Shown here: positions 13,231 through 25,757 of the stretch, piece after piece
Numbering within the stretch: position 1 is the stretch's first letter
How the letters are laid out: every line of letters begins with the position of its first letter
Translations under genes and position numbers: made by a program
Assembly: GCA_030704615.1 (NCBI GenBank)
Contig: CM060732.1
Coordinates: forward strand, 41,912,001-41,976,000
DNA: 64,000 bases
From: Takakia lepidozioides
Lineage: Eukaryota; Plantae; Bryophyta
Direction of reading: 5' to 3'
The notes under the pieces: model-generated
Told to the model about the DNA's origin: nothing
Seen by the model: only the letters and a program-made list of their open reading frames with translations
The model's database searches: none

Positions 13231-13849
13231 GTGCCGGCTGAGGAAAGCAAGTGCTAGCGACATTCGGAGCTGGAATGGAGCAGTGAAACAGGTCTGCAGT
13301 CTACCCGATCACTGTGCTTTCAAGACTGAGCAAAACTTCACACTGAGAGTTCACCGGGGGTGCTGAACGTTGGCTTTGGCAAGGAGAAGGTAGTTGCGCG
13401 GGAGAGCTAAGCATAGCTGTTGGGAGGGGACATGAATCGTAATGAGATGACAGTGAACTTTGATCGAGATCATAAATGGTGACGGCTGTCAGCCAAAGGC
13501 CTGATCTTCCCAAGACAAAAAAAGAATGAAAATAGCCAATTAGTACTTACTCAGGATGAAGGGGTGATGAAGTTCCGAGGGGTTTTGGGAGTGAGTTTGG
13601 TCAGGGAATAAAGATTTGCTTGGGTTCAAAACCCGTTGCCTGTAGTTCCAGAGCCCGTAAGCATGAAATGTCTTTTTCGAAAACTTGAAAATCCCTGTTT
13701 GGGCCTCGCCGTGGGTGGAGGAGAGAGACGAAGAGACCGTTGCGTTCGGCTCTCCTCTCACCGCAGATCGCGGAGCTCCCTGGGCGCTCCATCGTCTCCG
13801 TATAGTAATTATCGACTGACTTAGTATCTCATACAAGCCAGAATTAATC

Positions 13850-16800
13850 AAATGATCTCTTGAACATTAAATAACCATATCAATGTACAACGAATACACT
13901 GCAACTAGTGCAGGACTTTTCAGCACGGCCTTCTTGTCTGAGGAGCTAGTCTAAACACCAGCAGATGAAAAAGCAAGAAAAGAGCTAAACTCGCTGGGAA
14001 GACGAGCAGTGGTTCCCGCCCTGGTGAAGTCGATGTGTCGATGTTGGTGCGTATACACTTACCATTGGTAAGTCTTCCAAGACTCCCACTCGCATCATAC
14101 ATCGGCAGCTGGACTCATGCCCAACAAGCCTCGCAAACATTCGAATCGATCACGTGGGAGGGGTTTAGTCAGCAGATCGACAACCTGATCCTTAGTGTTG
14201 ATGCAGTTAACACAAATCTGACCTATGACATGGGCCTCCCGGATGATGTGATACTTCACATCAATATGCTTTGTTTGGCGATGGAGTTCTGGATTTCGAA
14301 CAAGCCTGATAGCGGCCTGGTTGTCAGACCAAAGTGGCGTTGGTCGCATCTGGTCATAGTTGAGATCGCCTAGCAGTCGGCGTGTCCAAATGATCTCCTG
14401 TGTCGCTAGATGAACAGCTTCAATAGTGCTCCCTGCTGTGCATCCTTGCTTGCGGGACCCCCATGATATTGGCCCATCATTCAACGTGAGCACAAAACCT
14501 GATCGTGACTTTCGATCATCGAGATCCATGGCGTAGTCAGCATCACAATAACCCTGCAACTCGTGGTTGTTAATACCGCCACTGTAGGTGATCCGCATCG
14601 AGCTCGTACCATGTAGATACTTCATTATCCGCTTGACTGCGTTTACATGAGGGGTTGTTGGTTTCGCTGTGAACTTGGCTGCATGTGCCACTGCATATGA
14701 TTTATCAAACCTTGTCCCAAGTTGAGCGAACTGGAGACTTCCAATTACCTCGGAATAAGGAAAATCAGTATCCACCTCGCTTCCGTCTGTCATGTGCACG
14801 CTTAGATTGGTGACACTGTTTGGGTCAGCAGGAATCGTCAATGAGCTGCACTGGTCGACCCGTACTTCTTCAGCTTGGATAAAATATACCGGGTCTGATC
14901 AATTTGAATGGTTCGCTGCTCCCGTACTCTAACAATGTGAAGGCCAACATACACTTCTGGGTATCCTGTTGTTATCTTGAATTCCTTGCCCATGTATGAG
15001 AGGATTGTGTCCACTCGCTTCTCTCTGATGCTGATAGCCATTCCATCATCGACAAAGATGGTGACGATCAACCGTGGCTCGGTTGTGCTGTAGTAAACGC
15101 AGCCATCTGCGGTAGTTGCTACAAGGCTGTATTGGTTAAGAAATGAGTTAAACTTCTGATTCCATATGGATGACTGACGAAGTCCATAGAGCGCCTTCCG
15201 CAGCCTGCATACTTTCCCAACCTGGTCAGGATCCTCAAACCCAATTGGCTGCGTCAAATATATTTCCTCCTCAATTTCTCCGTAGAGAAATGTTGTCCGA
15301 ACATCGAACTGCATGATATTCATATCCTCAGCTGCGGCGATGGAAAGTACTGTTTGTATGGAATCAAATTTGATGACCGGGCTGTAGGTTTCCGTATAAT
15401 CTACCCCTCCTTCTGGGTAAATCCTTTGGCAACCAAACGAGCCTTGTAGTGATCCACGCTTCTATCAACTGACAGTTTCAGCTTGTAAACCCATTTGTTC
15501 TTTACGGTTCTTCTACCCTTCGGTAATTCCTGGTACTCCCATGTACCGTTTTCCATTAACGAATCGAACTCTTTCTTTCATAGCTTGCTCCCACTGCTCA
15601 CGTTGGGGGGATCTCATCGGTTCAAAGGACTCGGTTCATCGGGTATATCAACTGTACTGAACGCTGCGCAGACATAATTGTTGCGGTCTATGGGGTATAT
15701 CCAGTCCCCATGTCTTTGTGGCAATCGTCTCGATCTTGGTGCATTCTCTGGTATTGAATTGTCGACCTCTGCAACCATGATTCGTGACTCTTCCTCTGCC
15801 TCTGCATGGGACGCTTCTGCTTCTAGTGACGGTATTGTGACCTCATGTCCACCAACTTGTATAGTCACTGCTGGGGCTGGTTGTTGCTGCGTTGGCATCA
15901 TAACCCATGTTGCTCCAATGTCCTCTTGTAATGGATAGTCTCTTGGACCACCCACAATCTCCTCGTTATCAGAAATATGTACCAGGTCTCCGCTGCTATC
16001 TGTGGAGTTCTCCTCGTTTGTTGTGCTATTGGGATTGCTCGGCACTACAGGGCTGTCGAGCTCATCTTGAGCTTGCAAATATTCATGTTGGGCAACGACC
16101 TGCGGCATAACTCCCACTGCTGGAACGCGTAAAGGTCCCATAGCTCCCTGTCCTCCTGCTGCTCTGGGCAATTGACCAACTCCCACTGCTCCATGTGCTA
16201 ATGGTGCAATATGGCCCATGTCAACTATCTCTAAGATCTCCTGCACGACTCAGCCTTCTCCATTTGATGCTGGGTCCTGCACAGGGGTCTCATCGAACAA
16301 CACATCTCTGCTTTCAACGATCTTTCTTGAGTTGATGTCCCACAGTCTATAAGCCTTGCTTGTATCAGAATAGCCCGTCAGTATGGCTTTCTTTGCTTTG
16401 GGCATCAACTTATGCCTAGTCTCCTTTGGCACATGGTAGTATGCATCTGAGCCAAAACTCGAATATGTGCAACAGAGGGCTTCATCCTGTACCAGGCCTC
16501 GAAGGGCGTCATCCCCTCCACTGTTCTTGTTCCCGTTCTATTCAGAATGTAGACTGCTGAGTTCACTGCTTCACCCCAAAACCTGATATGTATGTTGCTA
16601 GCATGCAACATGCTCTTGGCTGCTTCGACAATCATCCTATTGTCTCGTTCAGAAGCACCATTTTGCTCTGGTGTGTAACTGGTCGTTAGTTCCTGCCTTA
16701 CTCTCAGTTGAGCAAGATACCCTGTGAACTCATTTCCAAGATATTCACTCCCCCTATCACTTCTTAGGATCTTCAGCTTGTGCCCAGTCTCTCGTTGAAG

Positions 16801-18121
16801 CTGTCCAACGAACCTCTTCAGACATCCCAAGACTTCTTGCTCGATCTTGGTCTTGATGCACTCTATGGTTTTGAAACCAGTTGCATCGTCCTTGAACAGG
16901 ATGGAGTATCTTGCTCCCCCCATCGGTCCACATAAATCGGTGTGCACCAAGTCTCCTGGTAGTACCGCTCTCTTTCGTGGGTCACTCCAAGGGAATGGGC
17001 TTCTGTGAATCTTACCATATGCACATCCCACACAGAACTCATTATCCTTCCCTTCTAGGATGAGTCCGTCAACGATGCCAATTGCCTCCATCTTCTTGAT
17101 CGTCCCATGGTTGACATGAGCAAGTCTTCGGTGCCAAATTGCCAACGTCTGGTGCTCTCCTTCTTCGTCTCGACACCGAAAGACCTTGCAACATTGGCCT
17201 GTTCGGGAGGTGGCGGGAGAACCTCAATCTCCAGCCAGCTGATACATTTTGTTCTTCAACACACCCATCATGATAACATGGCCATTGTCCACGGATCAAG
17301 CTGCAACCGTCCTTCATGTGCATAGTGTAGATATTCTTCTGAGCTGCTCTGTAGCAAGAAAACAAACTCCGCCCAAGATTTGGTACATATAGTACCTGTG
17401 TCAAGATATTGAGCTCGTAGCCTGAGAGTGTCTTCACCCTGACAAGTATGTCGCCGACTCCTTCGGCATGTATCTCCACTCCGCCAATGCCCTCTATCGA
17501 TTGTTTTGCTGAGGGTGAGATGAGTTGAAACGTCTGAAACCACCATCTTTGATCTGTCATGTGTTGGGTGCATCCACTGTCTGCATACCAACGATCGCTC
17601 AAGAGCTGTGATGAACTCGCCACAAACGCCTTGTAAGAGCTAGTTTTCTTGCTAGCTGACGCTTCATCCTTCTTCCTTCTTTGCTGGGGTGTGGGCATTC
17701 TCGCGCCCAATGACCCACTTGGCCGCAGTTTGTGACACTCAGTGTTCTTCTTCTTTTCTTCAATCTCTTTGCGCCTAGCTTGGCGCTGCTCATACGTGAG
17801 GTTGGCTCTCGGCTCACCAGGTCCTCCCAACTTCTTGCTACCCGCTACTTTAGTCGCTGCGACATAGGCGGACACCTTCTCTGACTTCTCTGCTCTATTC
17901 TTGAGCCTAGCTTCTTGCTTAAACAACCTAAGCGTGAGGTTTTCTAAGGTTTTGTCAGCATCGGGTGTGCATTCCCAAGCTGACATAACGCTATCGTAGC
18001 CTGCTGGCAAGTTGCTCATAATCTTGGCTAATACAGCCAGCTTGGAGAAAAACGTAGTATCTCCTCTACTAGCCAACTGGCTTATGGTCATATCGATCTT
18101 TCCAAGAAAGGATGCGATACT
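13850..18121 (-). mobile_element. Ty1/copia LTR retrotransposon, 5'-truncated and degenerate
   Basis: Order gag (UBN2-like; frameshifted CHNCGQVGHWAREC ~17740-17695), protease (WYADSGCTQHMT), WHRRLAH, integrase (HTDLCGP, LRSDRGSEY, PEQNGASER), RT (QFDV..FLYG, FVDD), RNase H (YCDADYA, WSDNQAAI, TKHIDVKYH). PPT GCGAGTGGGAG (14093-14083) precedes a probable 3' LTR starting at 14082; its distal end is uncertain. Confidence 0.93.
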
Positions 18122-19435
18122 GTCCCAACCCAGCAGCAGCGGCCTGGAGCTAAGGTGCTCACACCCGCAGGATATTGTCGAGACCAGAGGCGTTCTTAAA
18201 CTGCGTACTGGATCTGTTGACCATGAGGAACTCCAAGGAAGAATTGCGCGAAGGCATTCAAGCAAATGGAAATTGCACGTGGCAAGGAGATCAGTAGCCT
18301 CAAGAGTGTGAATGATGACCTCCTCAGAGAGCTCAACTCAGCGCGTCAGCATTGTACGCAGGGCCAACGTGATCTCCAGAAGTGCCAGTCTCGAAAGATA
18401 TGACCACAGCAACGCCAGGTTACCAGAGCAAAGGGGGAGTCTTCAGCAGCAAATAAAATCAATTGAACGGGAAATGGCGAACGAGAGAGTCACGAGCGGC
18501 TTGTTTTCCGATTCCTCTGCTACTCCTGGTCTCCTTGAAGGCGCCTTAGAAAGGGTGAAGCTAGCACTCCCGAAAAGCTCATGTCAAGTTTGGTTACCAG
18601 GCATACGGTTCTTCCATGGCTTCCGAATTGGAAGGCTTTGGGGATGAGCATAAGCGGGCCAAGTTCCCACTTCCGCATCAACTTCCAGCGGCGTTCTTCA
18701 AGGAGTACATGGCCTTCTCGAAACTTCTCACATGCCGACCCGCGAGGACAGAGTTTCTGCAATCAAAAGTTTCTAAAGGCTCTTCGGCAAGGAGCTCGAC
18801 ATCTTCCAAGGGAGCAGCGAGCAGTCCACAAGGGAGCCTACTGAGACCAGACCAGTGTTTTTTTTTCAAATTTTGAAAAGAACAGGACTGGCTACTGAGT
18901 TTTGCAGGAAATAGCCATATTTTCTGCTCATCCACTGAAATTTGGACAGAATCATCCTTCTTTGTACTTTCGTCCATGTATATCATCCATATTAGGCGAA
19001 TTCATCCAAGATTTATATTTGTTTTTGAGAATTTTGGCGATTTCATCCATGAGAAAACAGGGAATTTACGACAGAATATTCGATTTTGATTTTTGAGGTC
19101 GAAAAAGTGCGAAATTTCGCCAGAAAAAAAAACACTGGACCAGACATGCCGACTGTATCACTGGTTCCTCCAATTGGCCACTTTGGAGCGTGTGGATGTT
19201 GCACAAACTGACGTTCTCGTTCGAGCCATGCGCAAGAGTGATCCGAGTGGGCAGAAATGTAGCATTCGACATTAGGTACATGGAGAGTACTGAACCGAAC
19301 GATCCAGAGGGGAATGACGAGGATCAGCCGACTGAAGAGGAAGAAAGCCCACCAACAGTAGCCCTCGTCCTTCTGCCCGGATTCCGTGTCCATAAATTCA
19401 TACTGAAAAGTCGCGTTTATGTGACGCGTATGTAG
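18122..19435 (+). pseudogene. GIL1/IRK-interacting (DUF641-associated) family pseudogene
   Basis: Coiled-coil remnants, FCNQKFLK, and after MITE removal YHWFLQLA / SVWMLHKLTFSFEPCARVIRVGRNVAFDIRYMES...VALVLLPGFRVHKFILKSRVYV*, matching the GIL1/IRKI C-terminal pattern VWLLHxLAFSFxP...YMES...PGF...KxxVY. Multiple frameshifts. Confidence 0.8.
18853..19137. mobile_element. hAT-type MITE (285 bp) inside the GIL1/IRKI pseudogene
   Basis: TIRs CAGTGTTTTTTT...AAAAAAACACTG; exact 8-bp TSD GACCAGAC at 18845-18852 and 19138-19145. Confidence 0.92.
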
Positions 19436-22096
19436 CAATTTAACAAGAGAAACTCGAAGGTTCCTTGCCTTTCCTCTGTAAGTGAAAGACTTGGAATGAA
19501 TGGAATGGATCCATGGCAAGAACAATTAAGTTGTCCGCTCTGGAATTTTTGCACAAAGTCTTAACTGATGATGGGTTGTTTCAAGGTTCTGATTAATGTC
19601 TGCACCGTTGCTAAGGCCGTCCATGAAGCCAAGTATCCACGCTCATTTCATCAGTGCATTCCAGGAGTCAAATATGGGATGCATTCAACTGAGTAAGCAG
19701 AGACTAAATGATTATTTGCATCTTACAGGAGTAGGCAGAGCTTTTCTCAGCTTTGATTCAGGCTCTGGTGTATATGTGGAGCACAGTCTAGTCTCTTCAT
19801 GCATCTTTCATTATACTCAATGACATTCACTTTGTTAGAGAAAGTACGTATAAAGCAGTTTACATTGTGTACATATGGATCTTTTGTGTGAAGTTACCAT
19901 TAAGAGTTAGTTTTTGTGTGTTCGTCGCTCACTTGTTGAATCAGATCCATCAAAGTATGGAAAAACACACCTTTACAAAAAATCAAGTGCTCAGTGAAAA
20001 TATGAACTTGCAACAGTCGTGAAATAAAGGCCAGCCTGTAGAGTTTGACCCCTGTAACTAGATGTCACAGCATGAAGTTCTTCTTTCCATATACATGCTT
20101 CCGGGCATGAGAATGATTCACCCTGACGACGGAAGCAACCTCTTCTCTCTGAGGCCATCCATTCCAACTTAAATGTTTGGTGGGGGCCGCGCGAACGCGA
20201 GCCCCCGCTGCCACAAATTACGACGTGCATGCCCCCCGTAGGGAGATGCTAGGATCACCCGCCCCGAAGTGCAATGAGGCAGGCTCTACTAGGCCATCGG
20301 CCTTGCTGATAACCGATAGACCCCGCCCAGGTAAGTATGGAAGACGGAGCAGCGAGCCCAGCTATATACCAAAAGGCCGGACAGTTTCGGGCAATCGATA
20401 TGGGATAATTCGATCGGCTTTGTGATCCATTTTCCGCTTCAAATGGGCGAATAATTTGGAAACATATGGACATCCATCGGATGGATGCCTCTATTTCTTT
20501 CTTGCCTTTAATTGTATCTGACTTCCAAGGTCAAGCCCTTTTTCTGAAAGTTCTAATCTCTTTGATGCAGTCTGTGGATCTTTCCAACAAGGGTTGCAAG
20601 TGTCAATCTCATTGCAGTTGTGGAGTTGCTCGCGTGATTTGCCTTCTTGAACCTTTCACACCATTCCTGGGCTTTGCCACAGCCCCTGCTTACACATTCA
20701 GACTAGTTGACATGCTTCTTTTCTAGCACCAGAAGGATCTTCGAGAGTTTCCATCTATACTTCAGGAGCACACCGAACACCAGATTATTCCTATCATTCC
20801 ACACCATCTGAATGAGGGATGATTTTAGATCCTGGATTGTAGATAGCGAGAGTGTGGCCTTGGAAGCTTAACCATGTTGACTAAACCTTCCAGACCAATG
20901 CACTATGGTCCCATTAAAACAGGAAAAAATCCTCCACATTTGCTTTCACTCCATACACAAACAGATATGTAGAAACAACCTTCAAAATCATGGAATGCAC
21001 AAATGGTCAATCATAGAAAACATAGAGTGTTATGACAAGGACGGAAACCCAACAACCGAAGAAGCATACAGCACTGGGCAGTTGAATGGACATTGTCCAT
21101 ACCTCACCTACAACCCTCTTCGGCTGATTGTTGAACATGCTTATTTTTCTCCTCACAAATGTAGAAACAGTATGCAATAGTTCATTACTACTCACTAGTG
21201 ACTACTTCATCAGACCTCGACAATCAACCACACTCTATACAGCACCATACAAATGCGGATGCAAACCCGGACTGTTGAACTCAATTGTAAAGGTGAGCCG
21301 AGAAATAATGTACGCGGTTGGCTCTTACAAGCCCATATACAACCCTTCCTGATTGGGGAAAAAATCAGGCTGCGCAACCCTACAATACTTTCTCAGAACA
21401 GCTTAAAGAGAGCATTGCCATTGCAGCTGTGTCATGGTCAATCTTCTTGAGTGATACCTGCCATAGGCACATACATCTTTGTTAAGTTAAGATGGCTACC
21501 ACTTTGCTTTCTAGTGTGATGCTCATTCCAATATACACGTTAAATCAGGATGGTTGTTGGCTGTGAGGAAGTACTATGGCATTTAGGGTAGAGTTCAAGA
21601 CAGGCATAAACTCCATGACCAACTCCAAGAGGGCTATGACACCGTGTGTGTTATGCTTGCAAGGGCATGTCATTACCACAATCCACAAACAGAACAAACA
21701 ATTAGTGCATAAATCTCTCTCTCCCTCTCGTCCCTCCTGTGTCCCGCAAGGCTCTTAATAGTAATGTTGAGATCAGACCCCTTTTTCAGTGAGCTAAGCA
21801 AAATGACTTCCATCCCCACACTCTGGTATACTCAAACTTGTAGCAGAGCGTTGGACCTCCTACAGACTGGAACTTACATTCAATGGGTTGTCCGAGAAGA
21901 AACTCAGCCCGAATGGGAACCTACAAACACCCCCCCTTCCTTCCACTCCTCCCAAGATATAAACACCTCTAGGTCTTTCTAGAAGGCATAAAACAACCAT
22001 TGGCCAAACACAAAATGACAGGATGGTGGAAGTGCTCTTGTTTTCATACCTCATATGAAAGGAATGTCTGAACAGAGATTGTAGTAAGCAGCTTAC

Positions 22097-25000
22097 CACA
22101 AGAATGTCTTCATCCGTGCCATAAGACTTGCGAGCTTCATCCAGTGCATCTAGCGAAATCCTCCCACTCGCACTGCAACTCAGTGCCAGGACGTCAACCA
22201 ACGAAACCCCACCCACGAGTTCAGGCGACTCTCAAAACTTAACTGGGCCTCATCAGAGTGCTAGAATCCTTCATGGAGAAAAGGGCACCAAACTGAGCAT
22301 TTTACCGTGAAGCTAGCAGACACATGCAGAGAAAGAAATGAATGGTAAATATGTCACCTGCCACTTGCAGGGTCCCGGATCTCAAATTCATCGGTATCCA
22401 TATCATACCCACAAATGACAACATAGTGACCTGCAATCACAACACTTTTCTGTCAGTGATTCTCAGTTATCTGGAATAAAAGTGTTAAAAAGCATTCAAC
22501 ATTCTTGAAGAAAAGTCATATGACAGCTTCTGGAGCAAAGAACACCATGAGGGTGCAAATTACCTGTGTAACCGGTGTTGAGGCCACAGCAATCAGCAAG
22601 GCAAAGCTCGTCCAACCATGGATGGCTGCTCTATCATCCACACCCCAAGAGCAGCTCCAACTCAAAAATAGGTACTCCCCACACAGCTCTTAGCCCCCTC
22701 TAAGACAGACACTGACAAACATCCCCAAATAAGCGTCATGTAAGATTAATTTGCTGCATGCTCCGCTAACTGCATGACCAGTGAGAAAGAGCATTCACCT
22801 TAATGAATGATGATGTATTTGTATATCTTACCTAAGCTTGCGCTTGTCAACCAAGGCAATGGCAAGGTACCGGCCTGATAAAATTAGCATTGAGATCTCT
22901 TCTCCAGTGATTGATCTCCACTGTAGACAGACAAAGAGGGAAGCTATGAGATTGGAGAAATAGGGGCAGATAGAAAGAGAAGAGGTAAACAGGGTTGGAA
23001 AGACCAGGGGGAAAAGACCCACCTGTACTTCAATGCCGACTTGGGGGGCTGTCTCAAACAACTTATTCACACGCTCTCCATCTTCCTCCATGTTTTCCTG
23101 GGTACAGCCGAGAACAATGAGCCTTGCCAGTGCATCTAAAAAAATTACCAACTATCCAACCCCATACAGCAACACCAGAGGAAGGTGGAGAGAGACAGAG
23201 ACCAGAACCTTCAAGTAGGTACCAACATAGACAAAGAGATTTCTCAGACAAACTTCACTGGTTTGCTCACAAACAAAGGCCCTGAGGTTGCTCATAGACA
23301 TGTCAAACACGACAGGATGTATGCTTTGCAGAGAGTGCACCTTGTAGAAAGTCTCCACTGCAAAATTTGGGTTGGCACCAATAGTTACAGTAAGGAACGC
23401 TACATCCACAGCGAAATGCCTCAACAAGTGGGCCAGATCAACTGTCCAAATGCTGTCCACAACCAATAAAATATTGAAAGCTTCACTTTTATTTTTCACA
23501 TGATCTCCATCCAATAGTCATGCAATACAGAGATAAGTCCAATTTTAGAATTGCAAATACTGCATTGGTCTATTCGAAAATCCAGATGCCGATACGGGCA
23601 TAAGAGACACTAACCGATTTTTTCACCTGCCCAAAAACCACCTAGACACAAACCTGTGCCTAATTGTTTTTGCCTGGTGGTAAACAATAGGGACATTAAG
23701 AAAATTTGAAGAGAATGGAGTACTACATCAAAGTAAAGGAGGATTTACATAGTGACCATGTTTTTTATCCTCAGCCAGACCGTCCATGGGAGGAGAACCC
23801 ACTCTTTATAGATGTCATAAAAGCCTATCACGCTATTGGACCCTGAGGGAACTTGAATTACGTTTCTGAACTGCCAAAATCAGAGGTTAATGTAGCGAGT
23901 AACCTGTAAACTATAAGAGAACTAAGAGTTGCGTCTTGGTCAATGGTGATTGTCAAATTAACTTGACATAGATCAGCGACAGGGCTGCATTTTCTCTATG
24001 ACTACCTAGGTGTCACATCTCCCAGGCTTACAGCTGAAATGCAAAGCTCGTAAAAAAGGCCAGAGAAGATATTAGTCATGTCCAACTTCATCCAACGCAT
24101 GGCACTTGGGGATGGCATGATGCATCTTCCTTAGACCAGCCACAACCTGTATGAAAGGGCATTTTCCAAGCATAGGAGGCCTCCAAGCCATTCACCTTAT
24201 TGCCCTTAATACTAATTTTGTCCCAGAACTGGTCAAGATAAAAATCCAGTGTGGCCAATTTGATCAGAAGAAGAGACGTATTTAAGGTGAAGTTAGTAGT
24301 ACTTGTTGACGCGAGAGGACAAGACAAGGCACCCAAAGCTTGTAATCAGTCCGAAAGACAAGCAGCCATACTCATGGCAGACTAGATGAAATTTCCAGTC
24401 CTGGAAATTCCCAAGGAAGACCTTGAAGAGAAGTCAGTGGAGAAAGAGATGTTGTTCAAACGTATGAGCCGGTAACAAACGTTGGAGCCAGTAACAAACA
24501 TACTGCTTCTTGAGAGTCCTTGATGAACGAGTGGGACTACAGGACGCCTAAAGCACCTTCCAAGCACTACGTTTTCAAGCACACGGTAGGTTGTGTACCC
24601 CTGTACAGTAAGTTAAGCTGGCCAGGGAAAAGAGAATTAAGTGTCTGATCTGTGGTGACAGTGACGATATAATTCAATTCTGATGGATTGTTGTGGTTAT
24701 TCTCTTGATCTAGAGGCTGTCTTTGAGAGCATCCAGTTCATATGGTTAAGTCCACTACTGAATTGAGCCATCCAGATATGAGTGACCCCATTCTGGTCTC
24801 CTCCCCACCCCTCCTCCTCCGTCTGCTGCACTCAAAGAGTGGCTGATTCTATCATGTGTATATAAATGTCTATGTTCTCAAGGAAGTGCATGTGTCTCCT
24901 GTTCAGCCTTCTCATATGTCTTGTGAGTTCCTTTTTAAAGTGAGGTGATGAGGTAGATACCTGGTGGTGTGGCAAAGCTGGCTGAGATATTTAAGATCAC

Positions 25001-25512
25001 AGCCCTCAACACCCAGTGCTTTCAACACCATCAACACGCATGCCAACCCACAGTCCCAGTTGCAAAGTTGCCGTACGTGTGGCACCTGCATTTTGATGTG
25101 CATTTGATCAGCACTCCATGCAACTTTACGTCTACGACAAACCAAGGATTGTCGTTGGTATTACTCAAATGAAAAACCCCCAAAACAGAATGGGAATAGA
25201 TATCTTTATGCATATACAAGGGAAACTCCAATAGGTCCCAGTCTGAAATTTGACACAAAGACAACCAAAGTAGAACATACATGCTGACACACAAAGGTAG
25301 CGAAGTGTCCATACTTGAATGAAACGTGAGCGTGGAAGAGGCATACTAAAGTCAAGCAAAGATGATGACGAGCTCCAAACTTGTGGTTCCATCAGAGATG
25401 TGGCCACCCACCCCTTGCTTACACTTTGGCCGCAAGCAAAGCCATTGGATTCCTCGAACATAGGGCGGGGCGGTCTTACTCGGGAAGCCCGCCCCGCCAC
25501 TGCAGTTTCCAT
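22097..25512 (-). CDS. GC1: Guanylyl cyclase 1-like / GUCD1-like protein, multi-exon; last exon unresolved
   Basis: Phase-consistent GT-AG exons 25512-25315, 25085-24961, 23452-23341, 23097-23023, 22920-22832, 22625-22564, 22430-22358, 22172-22097. Motifs VPHVRQLCNWDCGLACVLM, SIWTVDLA, GYTGHYVVICGYD, IRDPAS, ARKSYGTDEDIL. Stop exon lies left of 22097; probable 5' UTR exons extend to ~27480. Confidence 0.92.
23700..24600 (+). mobile_element. Highly decayed RT fragment of the RTE/RTEX-like LINE family in a GC1 intron
   Basis: 23700-23840 translates, with indels, to FEENGVLHQSKGGF..DHVF.ILSQTVHGR..FIDVIKAYHAI, collinear with FHEGQAGF..DHFFTLSQDIQGR..FLDVKNAYDTV at 61390-61540. Right boundary approximate. 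Confidence 0.6.
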
Positions 25513-25716
25513 TGTCTGTAGTTTCGGAACAAGCAGTTCAATCCACTCTAAATCTATCCTTGCGACTAACGCACACTTTGAACGCCTGAAGGTAACCTAG
25601 GGTGCCAGAAACAGGCCACTCGTAATACCAATCAGGTAGTGGAAGGCCAGGGTTTTCCCAGCTCCCAATGAACATAGCAGGAATAACCAAAAAAACCTAC
25701 TCTTTGCAGGGCTGGA

Positions 25717-25757
25717 ATGGCCACAAGGCTATGGCAAACAACGTCTTATGAGTACAT
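25717..25757 (+). mobile_element. 41-bp 5'-truncated LINE 3' end with 16-bp TSD
   Basis: ATGGCCACAAGGCTATGGCAAACAACGTCTTATGAGTACAT flanked by exact direct repeats TCTTTGCAGGGCTGGA (25701-25716, 25758-25773). Confidence 0.88.

Larger units (their letters stand above)
6005..13520 (-). mobile_element. Near full-length decayed L1/Tx1-type LINE
   Basis: ORF1 and ORF2 remnants in the same orientation; 3' UTR ends with AATAAA plus a stem-loop at ~6007-6036. Ends approximate; no TSD found. Confidence 0.92.

Noticed and set aside
15614-16246. 210-aa ORF as an extra gene inside the copia element
   Set aside because: Position and low complexity fit the normal integrase-RT linker.
21740-21860. Candidate last exon of GC1 (EVQRSATS...HFA*)
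   Set aside because: Phase-compatible but without recognisable conservation; other acceptors are equally plausible.
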